Notes under the pieces: generated by a model | What the model was told of the DNA's origin: nothing | Seen by the model: only the letters and a program-made list of their open reading frames with translations | Databases searched by the model: none | Made by a program: the position numbers and the translations under genes | Shown: positions 48,523 through 61,300 of the stretch, one piece after another | Numbering within the stretch: the stretch's first letter is position 1 | How the letters are laid out: every line of letters begins with the position of its first letter | Origin: Azolla caroliniana | Lineage: Eukaryota > Plantae > Polypodiophyta | DNA: 64,000 nucleotides | Reading direction: 5' to 3' | Assembly (NCBI GenBank): GCA_043228905.1 | Contig: JBHGNT010000002.1 | Location: 11,036,001 to 11,100,000 of the forward strand

Positions 48523-50356
48523 TGTCATGATATAGCATGGTATGGCTTCAAAAGGATTTGAACCCATGACCTTGTCAGGTGTCATAAGGGTTGAAGCCCT
48601 ACCATTAAGCTATACATTATAATATGAAGAATATTGTTTGCAATACTTATTTCACTTAGGAAATCCATTTATATTCTAGATTTCTTTGGAACATTCTAGA
48701 AATGTCAAGACTACTCCTAAGCACACAATAAACAGAGGCACATGACATTATTGAGAACTAGTTCAGTTCAACACCAGTCTTAACCCTCCTAGTTGTTCTT
48801 GTATCTTTCTTCATATAATGTAATATACTTCTTGTTGTCATCATTATCTCTCTCTCTCTCTCTCTCCTCTCTTGTGATTCTCACACACTCTTTCCCTTCT
48901 TAGTACTAATCTTCATTCTTCTTCTCTATCTTTAGTACTAATTCTCCTTGCCTCTAGTACTATCCCTTATAATTTGAACTGAATTGGTCTTCAACTTCAT
49001 ATCCCTCCTTCCCTTCATACTAATTTTCTTATCATTCCTTCCTCCAATACTATGGAAACTGTTAGCGCTCAAGAATACCAATCTGTTTCCTCGGAGCTAC
49101 AATGCTTGAGAGAAAAGTTTGTCATTGGAACAAGAAAATCAACGGTTGTTGGGGGATCTTCAACAAATCTCTTTAGAAAAGCAACAAGTGCAACAACAAC
49201 ATGGGGAGTTGCAACAAGAACGTGGGGAGCTAGCATTACACGTGCAACAACTTGAAACAACCATTGTAGCATTGCACCAACAAGGACCAAGTACTCGAGG
49301 GATTCACAAAGAGCCCAAGATTTGCCTTCCTATGAAATTCGATGGAACACAATCATAGTTTAGAGGATTGCTTAATCAGGTACGATTAATCATTCAAATG
49401 CATCCTTCCCAATATCCCACTGATGTATCACTAGTGGGTCTAGTAGGCACGTTGTTGAGTGGCTTAGCTTTGGCATGGTTCGCTCCGTTGTTAGAAAAAA
49501 TATCTCCGTTACTAAATAATTTTGAAGAGTTAATAAACGAGTTTAAAGCCTGTTTTGGAGATACTGATAACATGTTATTGGGGTGGGGGGTGAAGCCTAG
49601 AATGGTTTCACCCCCCTCCCAAGGGGGTTACGATAGGGAGAGAGCAAGAGAGAAAGACAAATAGGAAATGACACCAAATGAGAGGGGGGAAAAGCTATCT
49701 TCATTACATGCCCCATAAGGGGTTTATATAATACATAATGTAACGGTAAATAATATGTCCATTACAAAAAGAGACCATTACATTCTTGTCACATGCACAT
49801 AATTGTGCATGTGCTCACACATACTCATCCTCACACTCATATACATTACACATACCGAACAACCCCTCTAACGTGTTTTACCCTTATACCGCCCTGTACA
49901 ACTCCTATGGGTAACACATGGCACGCCTGTTGGACAGTGCATCGCACGGTGAACCCACTTGCCATGGCAACTATTAACGACCGGAACTCCATCAGTCGGA
50001 AATCCATTGACCAGATCATAGGTCTATGATCAATAACTTCGATTAGAGCATTGCTTGACTCGAACCTTCTCATTCACTCAACATGTCACTCAATTGGATC
50101 ACACACCAATTGGATCCTGCATTGCGGCATGGTCCTTTCATGATTTTGTTACATGTATGTGTATTTTTCGGTTTCGTCATGTGAATTGAGCTTTGTATTT
50201 CTACCCTTGGTCTCTAAAATTTTTACCCTCAAGTTTTTTTTTTGCCCTTGAGTTTTCAAAATTCTGCATTCTACCCTCCACTTTTTGAAATCTCATGTCA
50301 TGCCCTTGAGCTTTTGAAATTTCATCTCATGTCCTTGAGCTTTTGAAATTTCTCTG

Positions 50357-50699
50357 TGTTGTTGGGTGGGGGGTGAAGCCATTCTAGGCTTCACCCCCCT
50401 CTCAAGGGGGTTACGATAGTGAGAGAGCTAGAGAGAGAGGGAAATAGAAAATGACACAATGTGAGAGGGGAAAAAGGTTATTCATTACATACCCCATAGG
50501 GGGTTTATATAATACATCCAATGTAACGGTTACATGACCGTTATAAATAAGACCGTTACACATTCTTGTACACATGCACATAATTGTGCATGTTTCCATA
50601 CACATACTCATCCTCACACACTTATTTACTTTACACATACACATCAACCACATCATTACACATACCCTTATCCTTTCTTGTATATTGTTACGGGTAACA
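50357..50699 (-). mobile_element. Solo LTR of an F-related family inside F
   Basis: TGTTG..TAACA ends, TSD CTCTG/CTCTA, homologous to 49573-49916. Confidence 0.85.
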
Positions 50700-50989
50700 C
50701 TCTACATACCCCTCCTCTTTCTTTGTTTCCTTCTGTCTTCTCTTTTTCTTTCTTTCTTTTCTTCTTGTGCATTCTTCTTCCTCCTATTTGTCTTCTCTTG
50801 GCCTCCTCTCTCCTTCTATCCGATGGTTGTCTCCACCCGCCAGCTCTGTCCGCAGGCTGTTTGACTCTCTCGGTCGGCCGACTGGCCGGCTCTCTCGGTT
50901 GTCTTAGTCTGTCGGTTGTGTCTGTCCGATGGCAATCGAACCATCGCTTGTTTGTTTCGGGACTGTCTCGTGGCAATCATTCAACTGCG

Positions 50990-51468
50990 TCTCGGCCACG
51001 TCTCAGTTTCTTGGCCATGTCTTGGCCGTGCGCCTCAGCAACGCCTCTTGGCCATACTCTCGGCCACGCGTCTCAGTCGCGAATCTTGGCCATATTCTTG
51101 GTTGCGCGTCTCAGCCGTATTTTGGGCCGCGCATCTGGGCCACTCATCTCAGCCGTATTCTGGGCCGCACATCTGGGCCACGTGTCTCGGCCGTATTCTG
51201 GTTCGCGCATCTTGGTTGTGGTGACGGTCACGCTACTTGGTTGTACTCTCAGCCACGCATCTCGGCCATACTCTTGGTCTCGCGTCTCGGCTATGCTTTT
51301 CATCATGCGTACTCACTTGGCCGTACTCTCGGCCACGTCTTGGCTGTCTCCTCAGCCATGGTCATTCTTGATCGTTGCGATCTGTTCGGCCGGCTAGGAT
51401 TTGCTATTTTCTAGGTTATAGGATTTGCTATTTTCTAGGTTATAGGATTTGCTATTTTCTAGGTTATA
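50990..51468. repeat. Degenerate GGCC-rich ~25-bp tandem array, then 3 copies of a 24-bp unit (51395-51466)
   Basis: Recurrent CTCGGCCACGCGTCTCAGCCGTATTC-like units; TAGGATTTGCTATTTTCTAGGTTA three times. Confidence 0.8.
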
Positions 51469-52709
51469 TAGAGATGGTCGTCATCTCTCTCTGTGTCCGT
51501 GACTTTGTTTTCCTTCTTCCGGCCGTCTCAGCCATGGTCGTCTGTCTGCTGGCTGCCGGATGTCACCCGTTGGTGGTCCGCCTTCGTCTAATTCACCTTC
51601 ATCCGCTCGTAACCTTCATCACTATTTTCTTTGTTCTAATCATCAGATCTCCATGACGGTCATTGCTTTTCTAGTCTCTCCTCACCTTCTCTTCTAGATT
51701 CCTCTCGATTAGCACACACCTACACACACACTCGTATAACTCATATTGTTTGGGATAATACCTTCCTGAGAACTGCCATAACAATTTGGTTGTTCTTCTC
51801 TCTAGCAAAGTGGCTAAGAAAGATGTTGAATAGTGTAACATGTTGTGTCCAGGGAGGCTTTATGAACAATGACAATGCGTCGTGCATAGCTCTATAGCTC
51901 CCATAGAGTATAACAAGGTTGTAGAGGTCTTTCCTCTGTTCCAGACCAGACTCAATGATGAAGTCATGTACATGCTTACCCTAAACAATGTCCACATAGT
52001 TTCTCAATGAAGATGATATTCTTGCATAGAAATGGTTATACATAGCAACTTTACCTCAACATTCACTTCATGAAGTGAATGCCTAGTCATCAACTCGGAA
52101 GAAGTGAAAACATATTGACTCTGTGACAGTCTTCTTCTTCTTCTTCTTTGCTATGTCTGAATCTACTTCCATTCAACTCTCAAGCCTCCATGTCATCATC
52201 ATCATTTTCTTCTTGGCAAAAGGAACTTCATTTCTATGGCCTTAGAGCTGAAGCCGACCTTGGGGATGGAAGACGATCTCCCATCAATATCTAACAAAAA
52301 ACTATCTTCATTACATGTCCCATAAGGGGTTTATATAATACATAATGTAACGGTAAATAATATGTCTGTTACAAAAAGAGACCGTTACATTCTTGTCACG
52401 TGCACATAATTGTGCATGTGCTCACACATACTCATCCTCACACTCATATACATTACACATACTGAACAATCCCTTTAACGCGTGTTACCCTTATACCGCC
52501 CCGTCCAACTCCCATGGGTAACAAAGGACGACAATCAACAAAATCCGACGATTACGTCAAGGTGGTCGTCCAGCTTCTGCTTAAGTTGCAGGTTTTCATC
52601 TACTTGCCTCCGATATCCCCTGGGATGATCAAGCATTGATGGAGCAATTTCGAGGTGGCCTACGAAATGAGATCATAGACTTACTCGAAGAATGAAAATT
52701 GCTCATAGA

Positions 52710-55700
52710 TGATAGGATGTATTAGACAAACGATTGTTGTACACAATATAAGGGCTTGGCCAAGCAGATTAGAGAGCGTTGTGAATTAAAATAGATTATA
52801 ACGACCAAGGTAACTATGAATTAGAGAGGGAGTCTCAAGAAATTAACACAAAAGATAGAGAAGATAGAGAAGTTGAGAAAAGGGAAAGAATGTTATAATA
52901 TTCAATTATCAAGTCCATACATAGGAGATAAACTCCACATTGAACTAATAAACAAAACACCTTTTTACTTTCAATCACTCAAACACACTACTAAGACCCT
53001 TCCTCTTCCCAAGACTCCTCCTCTATTTGGACTCTTTCCTTATTACAAAGGTATCACTTCAACCACCCTTAACCTCCTTCATCTCACTTCTTATAATCTT
53101 CTTCTTCTTCTTCATTCACGCTAATTTTAGAAGCTTTTTACCTCCTATTTTTAATTAAGACACAACTGTCACAGACACACCAAGCATGGAGTAAAACGGA
53201 GCACGTATGATGAGACTACGATGGAGCGATGACGGAATGACACAAGAGCATAAAGATAGATATGAAGATCATGGAGACAAGATTGGGCGAAACGAGAATA
53301 CTAGATTGATATGTCCATGACTGGCGTTGTTCACCTTGAATTCCTTCAAGGTGAACTCAACTATTTATACTAAGTGGCATGCATACCTGTTGCACGCATG
53401 TGATACAATAGAGCATGTAGGCAGTAGGTACGCATGCATGTGCCAAGTGTAAATAATACAAGGGAGAAATTATGCACATGATGCTAGCTAAAACCTACAA
53501 TGAGGAAGTATATACATGATTATATGTTAGATGTGTGGTTAACACATAACACTCGATTATAACTTGGTCATGTCAAGAGTTCGAATCTTGACAACAACGA
53601 CCTTCTAATCGTCATATCTCCTTCATCGAAGCTCCAAATTTAGAGATTTAAAAAGCTACAGATAACTCTCTTTACAAGATTTCTAATCTATATTTGGGTG
53701 ACAAACGAAAGAGTTATGACCATTCCTTTTCGACTGTTTTTGGGTGGCCCGTTTTTTCTCTTTGTTCTTTTCTCTGTGTCTCTTCCTTTTACTTTCGACT
53801 TCTTCTTAAGATATTGGTTCGTGTTCTTTGCCTCGAAATGTGAATGCTCCATACCTTATATTCTTCTAACATTCAATGACTTGAATTCTAAAAACAAATT
53901 CACATTTAGCCTCCCCCTTGCTTGTTGAGCGAACCATTGATGGTGAGCTAAAGATAAAAAGAACAAAAAAAACTCCTTCCCCTTATGGTAGGCTATAGAC
54001 AAAGGAGTATAAATACTAAAAGTATATCAAATTATTGTGTGAGAAAAAACCCCCGTTACGTGGTAGGAAAAAATCGCATGCTTCTAAACACACACCCACA
54101 CACACATTGACAATTGCCATCACCATCTTTCTCTTTGTCAACACAAAAAAAGGGGTTACCACAATTATTATGTTTTTGTCAACTCTCCAAACACAAGTAG
54201 GGTCATGGGATACATAACTCTTGATAGAAGTAAGCATGTCAACATATGAATGAATCTTTTGAGTGAGCGAACCTTTTGCACAAATACCTTCAAAGCTTTG
54301 AGACTTGTTGGAATGATCATCTTTTGAATTACATTGATCTTTGAATCATCCAAATAGATTCCTTCTTGGCACAACACATTATCCACACTACCTTGTTTTG
54401 TATAAATGACCATTTGATGTACAATCATATCTCGGAAAGGAAGTGAAAATTGTTCTTGTTTGGTTGAATCATGCAATGGTTTGAAATCGATCTCATTCTT
54501 CTTGGGAACCAGAACCATAGGTGACACACACTTCAAATCTTCCATCTTATAATTGGAACTTTCTTGTAACCATGCGTTGAACTCTTGCATAAATTCTTCC
54601 TTTTGTTCAACACTCAATTGCTGAAGCTTTGGGGAAATTGGTATACTTTCCTTCAACTTGATGTAGTGTTTGATGCCATCTTCTCCTCTTATTTGGAAAC
54701 ACTCGATAACCACATCTTCTACTATGCTAATACAATGTGCCACTCCACCATCTGCTACAACCACCCTTGTTGAAGATGACCTACTAATAGGAATTCCCAG
54801 TTTGTTTGCCACAAAATCAGAAATCAAGCTTACCTAGCACCACTATCAACCAAGGCATCTTTGATATGAAACCCCTTCATGGAGACTGGGATGGTTGGTC
54901 ATATGTCCTTTCAATCTTCTACATGCCAGATCCCCACGAAATGCACGGTCTCCCGACTTTGGCAGATACTTGCAAGCTTTTCCCATTGCTTTCGTAATGT
55001 GGGAGATAATTGGAGAAGTTGTGGCCATGTTATCCTTGGGCCACTTGATATCAATTCATGCTTCAGATTGAAAGATTCTACACCTTCTCCCATAGGAATA
55101 TCCTCCATCTTTATCTTCCTTTTGGAGTGTCTCCTTCTCAATTTCTCCTCGTCCTCATTCTCCTTAGACTTCTTCTTTTGTCTCGAGGCACTAGATTCTC
55201 CTTCAACTTCTTTCTCCTTTTGCGAGGCTCTTGTCCTTTTCATAGGAGCTACTTCACAAGCATTATCACTATCATCAATAAAATTAAGAAGATTCACATT
55301 ATGAGGAATTGTAGGAACCTTATTCACTTTTTTCTTGCTCCACTTCTTGAAATACACTTGTCGGATTTATTATTGTGGTAGTATACACATTTGGAAACAC
55401 TCATCAACCATGCACAATTGAAGATGAGCTTTGAAGATTGATGTGAGGCATCAAATTTGCATCCAAAGCTGTCATTTGGGGAAACCCCATGGAACTCATC
55501 ATCTTCACTTGCCGATCATAACCTTGACAAAATTGGAGAAGAGCTTGAAAAGTTTTTGGATCCTTCAAGCTTGCCTCCAAATGGAAATGCATGTCAAGGC
55601 CCATCTTGAATTGTTCCATCTTAAGCCACTCGTCTTCAATGCCACCACGCAGACGAATCCACATCGTCCACAAATCCTTGAAATTTTTTCATACTGTATA

Positions 55701-56864
55701 AAACCAAAAGGTGATTCCATCTTTAGTCGAAAAAGTCCTCCCTTACTTCCGTTGCACTTCGCCATAGAATGTATCTGGAATGCAACTTGTGTACCAACAA
55801 TTGATATTCTCCTTGTTCGTTTGGTGGAAGAGAGTCATACCAATCTTGAGCTCGACTCATAGAATGTAGTTACCAACAAGGGCAACATTTCATTGTCGGT
55901 GACGCGTCCAATAGAGATGGCATGATGCTCAAAGGCTGCCAAAAAGGCACCCGCATCTTGTGTTCTTTCACCCAAAAACGTGAACTGCATAGCTAAGTTA
56001 ATGTATTATAGTAACACAAAGAAAGGATAAGTTGTCCCTCCTATACAAAAAGGATCGACCCTCCCGGGAGCGCCAAAAATGATAGGGTGTATAAGACAAA
56101 GGATTCTCGTACACAATATGAGGCCTTAACCAAGCAGATTAGAGAGAGTCGCAAATTAAAATAGATTATAACGACCAAGGTAACTACAAATTAGAGAGGC
56201 AGACTCAAGAAATTAACAAAAAAGATAGAATAACCAAGAAAGGGGTAAGAATGTGATAATATTCAATTATCAAGACCATACTAAGGAGATAAACTGCACA
56301 TTGAACTAAAAAACCAAAGACCTTCTTACTTCCAATCACTCAAACCCACTACTAAGACCCTTCCTCTTCCACTAAGACACCTCTTCCCAAGACTCCTCCT
56401 CCTTTGTTAGGAATCTTTCCTTATTACAAAGGTATCACTTCACCCCCCCTTAACCTCCTTCATCTCACTTCTTATAATCTTCTTCTTCTTCCTCGTTCAC
56501 GCTATTTTTAGAAGCTTTTTATCTCCTATTTTTTGTTAAGATACAACAACCTTCTAATCATCATATCTCCTTCATCCGAGCTCCAAATTTAGAGATTTAA
56601 AAAACTACAGATAACTCTCTATACAAGATTTCTAACCTATATTTAAAGATAATATTTGGCTTAAAAAAGAATGAGTTATGACCATTCCTTTTCGACTATT
56701 TTTGGGTGGTCTGCTTTTTCTCTTTTTACTTTTCTTTGTCTCTTACTTTTACTTTTGACTTTTTCTTAAGATATTCATTCGTGTTCTTTGCCTCAAAATG
56801 TGAATGCCCCATACATTATATTCTTCTAACATTCAATGGCTTGAATTCTAAAAACACATTCACA
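52710..56864 (-). mobile_element. Internally deleted non-chromovirus gypsy element I (Athila/Tat-like)
   Basis: LTRs 52710-53904 and 56080-56864. TSD ATAGA at 52705-52709 and 56865-56869. PBS TGGCGCTCCCGGGAGG, PPT AAGGGGGAGG, and gag/PR/RT remnants (ITWPQLLQLSP, CVSPMVLVPKKN). Confidence 0.92.
53167..53593 (-). mobile_element. Chromovirus-type solo LTR inside the LTR of I
   Basis: TGTCA..TGACA ends. TSD ACAAC at 53162-53166 and 53594-53598. Absent from the partner LTR. Minus strand has TATAAATA then AACGCCAGTC, like AACACCAGTC in C and H. Confidence 0.9.
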
Positions 56865-58363
56865 ATAGAGGCAATTAGTCGAGTGATACGATGCGATTAC
56901 CGGCTTTTCGAATGATGTTCAAAACATCAATTACAAATGCCAAGGACTAGGTTAGAGCCCACATACGCCTCGGTCGTAGCAAAACCATTTGCAACGGAGT
57001 CATATACTGCATCTCCGGAAAATAATCCAACATCGATGGAAATCGACACCACATGTCATTGTGGACCATTGTCGGAAGAAGAAAAGCAACAACGTTTAGC
57101 AAATTGATTATGTCTTTACTATGGAGGACCATGGCATATTGCAGTGACCGTCCACATAGGCCAAGTAGATAGGTAAATCAAATAGTAGCTTGTATTAAAC
57201 CCGATTCTATTTCAGTAGGAGTGTCTGCTAGTCCTAATAGTACTAATAGCCCAAGTCTATCGAACAAACTCGAAGTCATTAGTTAGTTATACGAAGTGGT
57301 AAATGACTAAGTCCAACCAAAATAGGAGTTGTTTGGTTGGACAACCCTTGATCTATGCAACCCATTAGTGGTTCTATTCCCTCAAAGCAAGTTAGCAATG
57401 TGTTCTTAGCTCAAGTAACAATTAGTGCTAAAAGTACCCCTCAAGTACATGTCTTAGCACTCTTAGATTCGGGAGCCAATTCTTGCTTCATGGATGGGAA
57501 TTTTGGCCAAGCTCATTAGTTATCCCTAGGAAAGCTTCCTTGCCCAGCATCTGCAATAGTCATTGATGGTCAGCCCATTGCTTCCCGAAATATCTAGAAG
57601 AGTTAGAGCCGATTTAGGTTGTCCTAGATAAATTGGTGTGTGTACTATCATTTAATATAATTAGTAGTCCAAGGCATCCAATAGTCTTGGGGTTACCATA
57701 GTTCTAATTACATAACCCAGACATAGATTGGAGAACAAGAGAAATCCGATATCGACAAACCCGAGGATCTACTCATCAAATTTCAACCATTTCGCTACAT
57801 CAACTACGTGAGGAAAGGAATCAATGTTTGTATTTGCAATATCAATAAACCTTCTAACACCACTAAAGATGAATCCATAGTTGATCTTCTAGAGAAGTAT
57901 CAATATTATGCTGATGTGTTTGATAAGGTACAAGCTAGTACCCTTCCTCACCATTGACTGTATGATTGTCCCATTGATTTACAACCATGGGAAGAGCTAC
58001 CATGGGGACTGATCTACAACTTGTCACCAACCGAGCGAGAAGTCCTTTGAGCCTACATAGAGGAGAGATTGGCAAACAGGTTCATTCGACATTCGAAATC
58101 TCTAGCCGGCACACCCATTTTCTTTGTGAAGAAAAAGGATAGATCACTTCGTGTCGTCATGGATTACCGCGACTTCGGGAACATGATCTTTATGCAAAAA
58201 TGGAAAAATGTAGTTTTGGGTGTGTTGAGCGAGGAAGGTCAACCGGAGCCGGATCGGTATATGGAACAGAGAACCGGATCGGTATCCGGAACCAGGACGT
58301 GGATCGGAGAGTCGAATCAGATTGAAACCGGTAGGCCATTTGAGGGCTATGGATCCAACCTAG

Positions 58364-61300
58364 TGTTGAGAAGCAAGCTCAACATGGTATGTGCTGCTTA
58401 TTGGGAAATAAGCTATAGTAGCTATTTAGCTACCTGTGAACATAAAGGAGAAACAACTAATTAGCTACTGACAGCTATTTAGCGACTGACAGCTAATTAG
58501 CTACAAGCAGCTAATTAGCTGCATATGTAAGTAACTTATTACTTAGGTAAAAAGTAAAAGCGTAGGTAAGTAAGAAATATACAGGAAGTAGAACTTTGAG
58601 AGAGAGAGTGAGGATAGAGAGGAAGAACTCAGAGAGTGAGAGTAGAAGAGATAAACAGACGAGAGCAAGTAGAGCTCTGCGTGTAATGAAATAGAAGAAG
58701 TTTTGGCTGCTACAGAGGTAAGTCTCCTTCCCCCTTCCCTTCTGTGTTTGAGCACCAAACGATCCAGCACACCACGATCCGCCACGCACATAAGAAGAGA
58801 CTGAGTGCCTTCTTTACGTTTTCTTAACATGGTATCAGAGTGAGTTGCTCATAAAGAAGAGTACAGAAGTGCATATATCTGAGAAAGGTATTTCTCTATT
58901 TGCTGATCTGAATAAGAAAGTTACTTGTTGAAGTAATCGTAGCAGAAACCGTAGTTTGGAAGAGATAATGGCTACAGAGAATGCGGGCTAAATAGTTACA
59001 GAGAAACTAGATAAAAACAATTTCCCGACGTGGAAATTTAGAATGACAAATTTCCTGATGGGGAAAGGATACTAGGATTACACTGAAGGAGACCTAGAAG
59101 AGGCTCCGGAGATCCCAGAAGAAAATGCCACAGCAGCACAGATTAAAGCATTCAAAGATTGGAATCAAGGGGCAAGGAAGGTAATGCATTGGCTCTCACT
59201 TAGCATCTCAGATTCGATGCTTGGGCACATACAGGATGCTATGCTCCCAAAAGAAGCTTGGGACAGTTTGGTAAAACTGTTTGCAGTAAACACAAAAGCT
59301 AGAAAGCTACAGTTGAAGACTGAGCTAAATACCTTAGAAAAAGTTAAGATGTCAATAAATGAGTATGCTTTGAAAATAAAGAGCATATGTGAATCAATTG
59401 CTTCTATCAATGTAAAGATAGAAGATGATGATAAGGTAGAAATATGCATGAGAGGCTTAGAACCTCAATACAAAAGCTTTAAAACCTCTATGCTTACAAG
59501 GGATAGTATCCCAAGTTTTCCAGATCTGGTTTCAATGCTTGTAGTAGAAGAAAGGAATCAGATGGCTGATGTAAATAAAGGAAATATTGAGAATGAGGGG
59601 CAAGCCCTATATAATAGTGCTGGAAGAGGCCAAGGAAGAGGCCATGAAAGATTTGGCTCAGCAAGAACTAACAATAATGGTTATCAAGGAAGAGGACAAC
59701 AAACCATTAGAGGAAGAAACAACAACAGAGGTAGGGGGAGCAACCAAGGTAGAGGTAAGCAAACATATGTAAATGATGATGGCTGTTGCTATTGTGGAAA
59801 ACCAGGCCACACACAGGCTGAATGCTAAAAGAAGCAAAATGATGAGCAAAGAGGAAAGAGACAGCAGAATAACTATGCCCAAACTAGTGAAGATTGTGAA
59901 AAAGATGGTGCATTTGTGGTACAACATGAGATAGCAACAGTGGCTGAAAGCTCACAGAAATGTAATGAAGAGTTTACATGGTATGTAGACTAGAGGGCAT
60001 CTAACTATATGACTGGACATGCAAACTGGTTTGAAAGGTTAAGAGAACCAGCGATTCCTTGCTATGTACAGACGGGTGATAATAGTACTCACCAAATAGA
60101 ACATGTTGGAGATATCCCATTGTGGGAAGAAAAAGGAAAGACTAAGTATATGTTGAATGTAATGCATGTTCCAAATCTTGCAAAGAATCTGATTTCTGTT
60201 GGACAGATAGTAGAGCAAGGTATGCAAGTAAAGTTTAAGCAAAGTGGATGCTATATAGAAAAGAATGGGAAGCTCATTGCAAAAGGAAAACAACAAGGAA
60301 GAATGTTTATTTTGGATGTTGACATGCCTAGACAGATTTCAGCTATGTTTGCAAATGGAATGAGTGTAGTCTCAGATGTGGAAATGTGGCATAAAAGGAT
60401 TGGCCACATAAGTATGCAAACCCTAAAGAATATGTTGAAAAAAGATGCAATGGTTGGACTGCCAAAACTGAAAAATTGTGAAATGGGAAAGACATGTGAA
60501 GCATGTCAATATGGAAAGCAAAATAGGTTGCCATTCCCTCATGAAAGACATGTAAGTAAAAATTTGTTGGATTTGGTACATACGAATGTATGGGGACCAA
60601 CTAAGAATGCATCTATCGGTGGCTGTAGATTCTATGTAACTTCTATTGATGATTGCTCAAGGAAAACATGGGTGTACTTCATGAAAGAGAAAAGTGAAGT
60701 GTTTGAATGTTTTCGTAAGTTTAAATGCATGGTAGAAAAGCAGGCAGGTACAAGAATAAAATGTTTAAGATCTGATGGAGGAGGAGAGTATTTCTCCAAT
60801 GAATTTTCTGATTTTCTATGCAATCAGGGAATAAGAAGACAGTTCACATGTAGATATACTCCACAGCAAAATGGAGTTGCTGAGAGGAAAAACAGAACAT
60901 TGGTGAACATTGCAAGGGCTTTGATGATAGAGAAGAATATGCCATTGTACTATTGGGCAGAAGCTGTAAATACAACAAATTATATTCTAAATAGATGTAT
61001 AACATCGGGAGTACATGAAGAAACTCCTGAAGTGTGTTTTTATGGAAGGAAACCTAGTTTAGAACACTTAAAAGTGTTTGGATGCCTTGCATATGTACAT
61101 GTGCCTGCAGAAGTAAGAAGTAAGCTGGATCCAAAAGCAGAAAAATGTATTTTTGTTGGCTATTCAGAAGAACAAAAAGGGTATAGATGCTATAACCCTA
61201 TAACAAAGAAGATTGTGACAAGTAGGGATGTAATCTTTGATGAGTTAGCCAACTGGTACAGTCCAAAACAGAATCCATAGACTGATGAAGATAGAGACAA

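Larger units (their letters stand above)
49573..52523 (-). mobile_element. Non-autonomous LTR element F, E-like
   Basis: LTR 49573-49916 and a truncated LTR at about 52297-52523. Interrupts H gag between GDTDN and RTTINK. No clean TSD. Confidence 0.8.
48523..58170 (+). mobile_element. Degenerate chromovirus H (relative of C): 5' LTR about 48523-48971, gag, PR and start of RT; hosts F and I
   Basis: Gag collinear with C (49052-49572, 52524-52709, 56865-57310). ALLDSGANSCF and [13 protein letters not shown] motifs. Confidence 0.9.

Noticed and set aside
50534-51414. 287-aa and 161-aa ORFs inside element F
   Set aside because: They span an LTR boundary and a degenerate tandem array, so they are compositional artefacts.
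51395-51466. 24-bp repeats as a CRISPR array
   Set aside because: Head-to-tail with no spacers, no cas genes, eukaryotic context.
51780-52290. Possible captured gene or transposase fragment in F
   Set aside because: No recognisable motif in the frames I could read; a BLASTx would be needed.
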